From the NCBI GenBank assembly GCA_963839305.1, contig CAWIUL010000011.1:2569561-2633560 (forward strand): 64,000 bases of DNA. The letters run 5' to 3'. Below, piece by piece: positions 60,049 to 64,000 of this stretch. Positions within the stretch are counted from its first letter, which is position 1, and every line of letters starts with the position of its first letter. A program made the translations under genes and the position numbers. This stretch comes from an uncultured delta proteobacterium (GTDB lineage: Bacteria > Myxococcota_A > Polyangia > Polyangiales > Polyangiaceae). The notes below the pieces were generated by a model. It was not told the origin of the DNA. It searched no databases and worked only from the letters and a program-made list of their open reading frames with translations.

Positions 60049-61652
60049 TGCCGTCGCTCGCGCCTCCTCGAAGCATCCTCCCCGGCGAGCGCGACGCGTA
60101 CCAGGAGCTGCTCCGCGACACGCGTGGACTGCGGCGCGAGCAGGCGCAGGCGCGCGAGCAGTTCGTCGCGAGGCTCGTCGCCGAGCGAAAAGAAGAGCTG
60201 CTGTTCGAGCTCGAGGTGCTCCTCAAGGGCCTCGCGTGCTTCGCGAACCCGCGCAACCACCCGGGGCCCGCGCGTCGGACGCCCGTCGTCGCCCAGGAAT
60301 TCCGCGAGGCGCTGGTGCTCGGTCGCGAGGCGATCAACCGCGTCACCGCGCTGTGTCGCGCGCTCCAGTTCGAGCGCGATCGCGCGTTCGTCTTCCAGCG
60401 CTACCTCGAGACCGTCGTCCCCGACGACTCGGGTCGCGCGCGCCTCGCGCACGCCCAGGCCGTTCAAGACACGCCGGAGCAGTCGCTCTTCTACTTGCGC
60501 CACGGCATGACGAACCTGCTCGAGGTGACGAGCGGCGTCTGCCGGCTTCAGCGCGTGCCGTTTCGCCTGTTTTATGCGCTCTTCGGCGTCGCGCAGCGCG
60601 AGGTGGCGCAGAGCGCGTATTTCAACCCGCTCGTGGCGCTCGAGTTCCGCCCCGAGTTCGATCGCATCTCGAACCCGCGCATCCTCGAGCTGATGCGGAG
60701 CGTGCCGGGAGAGCACGCGCGTCGGCTCGTCGCGCTCACCTTCCTCTCGCTCTTCCGCATGCTGCGCTACCTCACGCTGCTCGAGGGCACGGTGCGCGAG
60801 CACGAGGGCTCGCGTCGATCGATCGGCGTCGTCTACGTCGTCCTCAGCGTGCTCCGCTCGGACGCGCGCGCACTCACCGCGTATCTGCGCCACCGCGCGG
60901 GGCGCGCGCTCGCCGAGGGCTTCGAGCGCGATCTCTTCGCCGTGCCTGCGGGCCAGATGGTCGAGCGCTTCGATGGCCTCTTCGCCGAGGGTCGGCGCTT
61001 GCTCTCGATGCGTTCGACGCTCGAGGGCATCGGCGCGAACCTGAGGCTCGAGATGCGACGCGCGTTCGAGCACGATTTCCCTTCGCCCGACACCGCGCCG
61101 AACCTCGAGACGCTGCGCGCCGCGGTCGGTCGCGCCGTTCGCAACTTGCGACCCGCGCTCCAGAACGGCGTGCTCTTCCTCGGCAGCTCGCTCGGCGTCC
61201 GGCTCGACGAGCAAGGCGTCTTCGACGACGCGGCGACGCGGCTCATGCTCTCCGAGCGCTTGCGCCGCGACGTCTGGATGTTCGCGCAGATCGTCCGCGC
61301 GTTCGCGGTGAAGGCGCGCGCCACGAAGCCGGGCGAGGTGAGCTGGACCGGGACGCCGCCGCTCCAGTTCGTGCGCGAGTTCCTCGCGTACTTCCAAGCG
61401 ATGGGTTACCCGCTCCTTCGCACCGCCGACTATCCGCGCGTCGACGCGTTCATGAGCGCGATGAGCGGTCTCGAAGAGACGGACTTGCTCGAGCCGGAGC
61501 GGCTTCAGCGCGCGGTCGCGGAGTGCGAGCAGTTCTACGCCTTCCTCATGAACCTCTTGCAGCAGATCGGGAAGCGCCAGGAGCTCACGTCGATCGCGTT
61601 CGACAAGCGCGCGGCCGCCGAGTCGCTCAAGCTCTACCTCGGCGCTTCTTGA
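60048..61652 (+). CDS. Hypothetical protein (534 aa), co-transcribed with TrmB-like regulator
   Basis: The ATG overlaps the regulator stop (TGATG). Protein-like helical composition (MPSLAPPRSILPGERDAYQELLRDTRGL...). The first 140 aa of ORF 59622..61652 are junk. Confidence 0.55.
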   Translation: MPSLAPPRSILPGERDAYQELLRDTRGLRREQAQAREQFVARLVAERKEELLFELEVLLKGLACFANPRNHPGPARRTPVVAQEFREALVLGREAINRVTALCRALQFERDRAFVFQRYLETVVPDDSGRARLAHAQAVQDTPEQSLFYLRHGMTNLLEVTSGVCRLQRVPFRLFYALFGVAQREVAQSAYFNPLVALEFRPEFDRISNPRILELMRSVPGEHARRLVALTFLSLFRMLRYLTLLEGTVREHEGSRRSIGVVYVVLSVLRSDARALTAYLRHRAGRALAEGFERDLFAVPAGQMVERFDGLFAEGRRLLSMRSTLEGIGANLRLEMRRAFEHDFPSPDTAPNLETLRAAVGRAVRNLRPALQNGVLFLGSSLGVRLDEQGVFDDAATRLMLSERLRRDVWMFAQIVRAFAVKARATKPGEVSWTGTPPLQFVREFLAYFQAMGYPLLRTADYPRVDAFMSAMSGLEETDLLEPERLQRAVAECEQFYAFLMNLLQQIGKRQELTSIAFDKRAAAESLKLYLGAS

Positions 61653-61661
61653 GCGCACAAA

Positions 61662-61704
61662 GCCGCAAGGGCGCCCCCCCTTTCGGAGGGACGCCCTTGG
61701 CGGC
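61662..61704. terminator. Bidirectional intrinsic terminator candidate between convergent genes
   Basis: gccgcaagggcg-(18 nt loop)-cgcccttggcggc: an imperfect 12-bp GC stem located between the 60048..61652 (+) and 61734..61991 (-) stops. Confidence 0.45.
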
Positions 61705-61733
61705 TTTCAGCAGAACGTCTGGAGTCGTCCTGC

Positions 61734-61991
61734 TTACTCTTCCCCGTCGTCCAACCCGTGGCTGGACGTCGGTGCTCCCCCTAACATCGAGGGAACACCA
61801 GCGGGGGGCGCAGCAGCTTTCGGCGCGGCTTTAGGGGCCGCCTTTTTGTGGCTGACCTTGCTCGGAGCCCGCTTCTTGGCGGACCGAGCGGGCGCCTTTG
61901 CAGCTTTGCCCTTCTTTTTGGCGGTTTTACCAGCCGACTTTTTGGTCGTCTTGGTCTTTTTCCCGCCTTTTTTGGCTTTCTTGGCAGCCAT
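61734..61991 (-). CDS. Histone H1-like Lys/Ala-rich DNA-binding protein (85 aa) with acidic C-terminal tail
   Basis: SD GGAGG upstream. MAAKKAKKGGKKTKTTKKSAGKTAKKKGKAAKAPARSAKKRAPSKVSHKKAAPKAAPKAAAPP...GLDDGEE. Confidence 0.7.
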   Translation of the reverse strand: MAAKKAKKGGKKTKTTKKSAGKTAKKKGKAAKAPARSAKKRAPSKVSHKKAAPKAAPKAAAPPAGVPSMLGGAPTSSHGLDDGEE

Positions 61992-62003
61992 GAGGGACCT
62001 CCT

Positions 62004-62087
62004 CTAGCGCTTGCCCTTCTTCTTCGCCGTCTTCGCCGCGTGCTTCTTGGTGGTCTTGGTCTTCTTAGCTTTCTTCTTAGCAGCCAT
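62004..62087 (-). CDS. Tiny Lys-rich ORF (27 aa), a tandem duplicate of the N-terminus of the downstream H1-like gene
   Basis: SD GGAGG upstream. MAAKKKAKKTKTTKKHAAKTAKKKGKR*(TAG). In the same frame as the downstream 85-aa gene, separated only by the amber codon and a second SD. Confidence 0.45.
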   Translation of the reverse strand: MAAKKKAKKTKTTKKHAAKTAKKKGKR

Positions 62088-62256
62088 AGTGTCCTCCTAG
62101 TGAGGTTGGTTACATGACGTATATGGTCACGTACGTTCGCTGTCAAACAAAATGTTCATCGCAAACTTGATTTTTTTTGTATAGGGCTTCTTGTGATTTT
62201 CACACTAACTGCCAGGGTTTGACGCCGCGCGCGCCCGAGGACTACCGTCCGCGCTC

Positions 62257-63126
62257 ATGAAGACGACGATGAAATTCATGAAGCATGGGCTTTTGACCGC
62301 GTCGTTCGCGATGATCCTCGCGAGCATGAGCGTGGGCTGCGGATACTCCGAAGAAGAGTACCAAGCGCAGGTGCATGCGCGTGAGCGTGCGGAAGCAGAC
62401 CTCAAGGCATCGCAAAAGCAGATCGCCGACGACAAGAAAAAATACGACGACTCGATGGCCGCGCAGGACAAGCTGAAGTCCGACCTGAAGAAGCTGGGCG
62501 TCGACCTCGACGCGGCGAAGACCAACGCGGAGAGCCTCGAGAAGGCGCTCAAGGAATACAAAGAGAAGGCCGACACGCTCGAGGCGATCGAGAAGCGCTT
62601 CCGCGAGCTCAAGGCGCGCCTCGACAAGCTGAACAGCATCGGCCTCAAGGTCGTCGTGCGTAACAACCGCATGGTGATCCAGCTCCCGGGCGACGTGCTC
62701 TTCGACTCCGGCAAGGACGAGCTCAAGCCGCAAGGCAAGGAAGTCCTCCTCCAGGTCGCGGAGGTCGTCCGCAACGACTCGACGCTCTCGACGCGCGACT
62801 TCCAGGTCGCCGGCCACACGGACAACGCGAAGTACCCGCCGACGGGTCTCTTCAAGGACAACTGGGGCCTCTCGCTCGCGCGCTCGCGCCAGGTGCTCCT
62901 GTTCTTGACCGCGCCCGTGGGCGACAAGACGAACAAGGATCCGAAGAAGCACGGCGGCGGCGGCCTCGACACGAAGCACTGGTCGGCTTCGGGCTTCGGC
63001 GAGACCGACCCGCAGGCGGGCACGGTCGAGCACCAGACGAACGAAGAGATGGGCAAGAATCGCCGCGTCGAGCTGGTCCTCCAGCCGAACGTCGAAGAGA
63101 TGCTCAACATCTCGAAGATCAACTGA
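62257..63126 (+). CDS. OmpA-family (Pal/MotB-like) peptidoglycan-binding lipoprotein with coiled-coil linker
   Basis: Lipobox ASMSVGCG, a charged coiled-coil (EEEYQAQVHARERAEADLKASQKQIADDKKKYDD...), then the OmpA_C core VVVRNNRMVIQLPGDVLFDSGKDELKP...GHTDNAKY...NRRVELVL. Confidence 0.8.
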   Translation: MKTTMKFMKHGLLTASFAMILASMSVGCGYSEEEYQAQVHARERAEADLKASQKQIADDKKKYDDSMAAQDKLKSDLKKLGVDLDAAKTNAESLEKALKEYKEKADTLEAIEKRFRELKARLDKLNSIGLKVVVRNNRMVIQLPGDVLFDSGKDELKPQGKEVLLQVAEVVRNDSTLSTRDFQVAGHTDNAKYPPTGLFKDNWGLSLARSRQVLLFLTAPVGDKTNKDPKKHGGGGLDTKHWSASGFGETDPQAGTVEHQTNEEMGKNRRVELVLQPNVEEMLNISKIN

Positions 63127-63140
63127 GCTGACGGTCTGAA

Positions 63141-64000
63141 TTGAAGGTCGCCGCGATCGACATCGGTACGAACACGACGCTCTTGCTCGTGGCCGAGACC
63201 GACGATCGCGGCGTTCTTTCTTCCATCCGCGAAGAGGCGACGATCACGCGGCTGGGGGAGGGGGTCGACCTCGCGCGAAAGCTCGCGCCCGCGGCGATCG
63301 AGCGCACGAACGCGTGTTTGTCCGCGTACGCGGAGATCGTCCGCGAGCTCGGCGCCGAGCGCGTGGGCGTCGTGGGAACGAGCGCGATGCGCGACGCGGG
63401 CGGCGGCGAGGAGGTCCGCGCCAAGGTGCGCGAGCTCTTCGGCGTCGACGCGCGAACGATCTCGGGCGACGAAGAGGCGCGGCTCACGTTCCGCGGCGCG
63501 CTCAGCGGGCTCGACGTGTCGGCGGCGGCCGTGTTCGACATCGGCGGCGGGAGCACGGAGATCGTCATCGGCGAAGGGGGCGCGCCTCGCGTCAGCCACA
63601 GCTTCGACGTGGGGAGCGTGCGCCTCACCGAGCGCCACGTTCGGAGCGATCCGCCGACGCGCGCCGAGATGGACGCGGTGACGCGCGCGGTTCGTGACGC
63701 GTTCGCGACGCGGCCGGACCTTTGGAAGGACGCGCACGCGGTGAAATCGCCGCCCGTGGGCATCGCGGGCACGGTGACGACGCTCGCGGCCGTGGCGCTC
63801 GGCATGGAGACCTACGACGGCGCGCGCGTTCACGGGCACATGATGAGCACGGCCGAGGTGCGCGCGGTCGTCGAGCGGCTCGCGGCGGCGCCGCTCGGCG
63901 AGCGCCGGAAGATCCGAGGGCTCGAGCCGAAGCGCGCGGACGTGATCGTCGCAGGCGGGCTCATCGTGCTCGCGACGCTGGAGGCGTTCGGCGCGAGCTC
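63141..64000 (+). CDS. Exopolyphosphatase/guanosine pentaphosphate phosphohydrolase (Ppx/GppA), 5' part; continues beyond window
   Basis: TTG start. (L)KVAAIDIGTNTTLLLVAE... and FDIGGGSTEIV are ASKHA phosphate motifs of Ppx/GppA. Not in the ORF track because no stop falls in the window. Confidence 0.75.
   Translation, partial: MKVAAIDIGTNTTLLLVAETDDRGVLSSIREEATITRLGEGVDLARKLAPAAIERTNACLSAYAEIVRELGAERVGVVGTSAMRDAGGGEEVRAKVRELFGVDARTISGDEEARLTFRGALSGLDVSAAAVFDIGGGSTEIVIGEGGAPRVSHSFDVGSVRLTERHVRSDPPTRAEMDAVTRAVRDAFATRPDLWKDAHAVKSPPVGIAGTVTTLAAVALGMETYDGARVHGHMMSTAEVRAVVERLAAAPLGERRKIRGLEPKRADVIVAGGLIVLATLEAFGAS

Noticed and set aside
59622-61834. ORFs 59682..61658 (-) and 60236..61834 (+)
   Set aside because: Antisense or out of frame relative to the TrmB-like gene and the 534-aa gene. 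Arg-rich.

Overview
This 64 kb window is about 70% GC and looks like a myxobacterial chromosome (Sorangiineae-like codon usage, many lipoproteins, two eukaryotic-type Ser/Thr kinases, PEGA, TSP3 and HEAT-repeat proteins). Most of the long six-frame ORFs are GC-driven artefacts. Real genes were chosen by protein plausibility and motif content. Start codons were checked against the sequence, and many are GTG; some hand-indexed coordinates may be off by one.

Housekeeping content: a Znu-like ABC transporter, AddAB-like helicase-nuclease, an MMPL exporter, thymidine kinase, DinB, PurB, and a partial Ppx/GppA at the 3' edge. Accessory content: a triheme cytochrome c fused to a split YeeE/YedE sulfur-transporter, an orphan DNA methyltransferase, a CcmE with a CxxxY heme-binding motif, a penicillin-binding transpeptidase, many secreted, lipo- and Cys-rich proteins, and several lysine-rich mini-proteins.

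The most interesting locus is at 57.1-60.0 kb on the minus strand. A 78-aa lipoprotein-signal, Gly/Ser/Thr-rich, two-Cys precursor peptide is followed by an intercistronic hairpin. Next come a DUF692 (MNIO, MbnB/BufB-like) enzyme and a translationally coupled DUF2063 (MbnC/BufC-like) partner, with a divergent TrmB-family regulator upstream. This is the architecture of a bufferin/methanobactin-type RiPP system, but the substrate is atypical.

No rRNA, tRNA, CRISPR or transposase was recognised.
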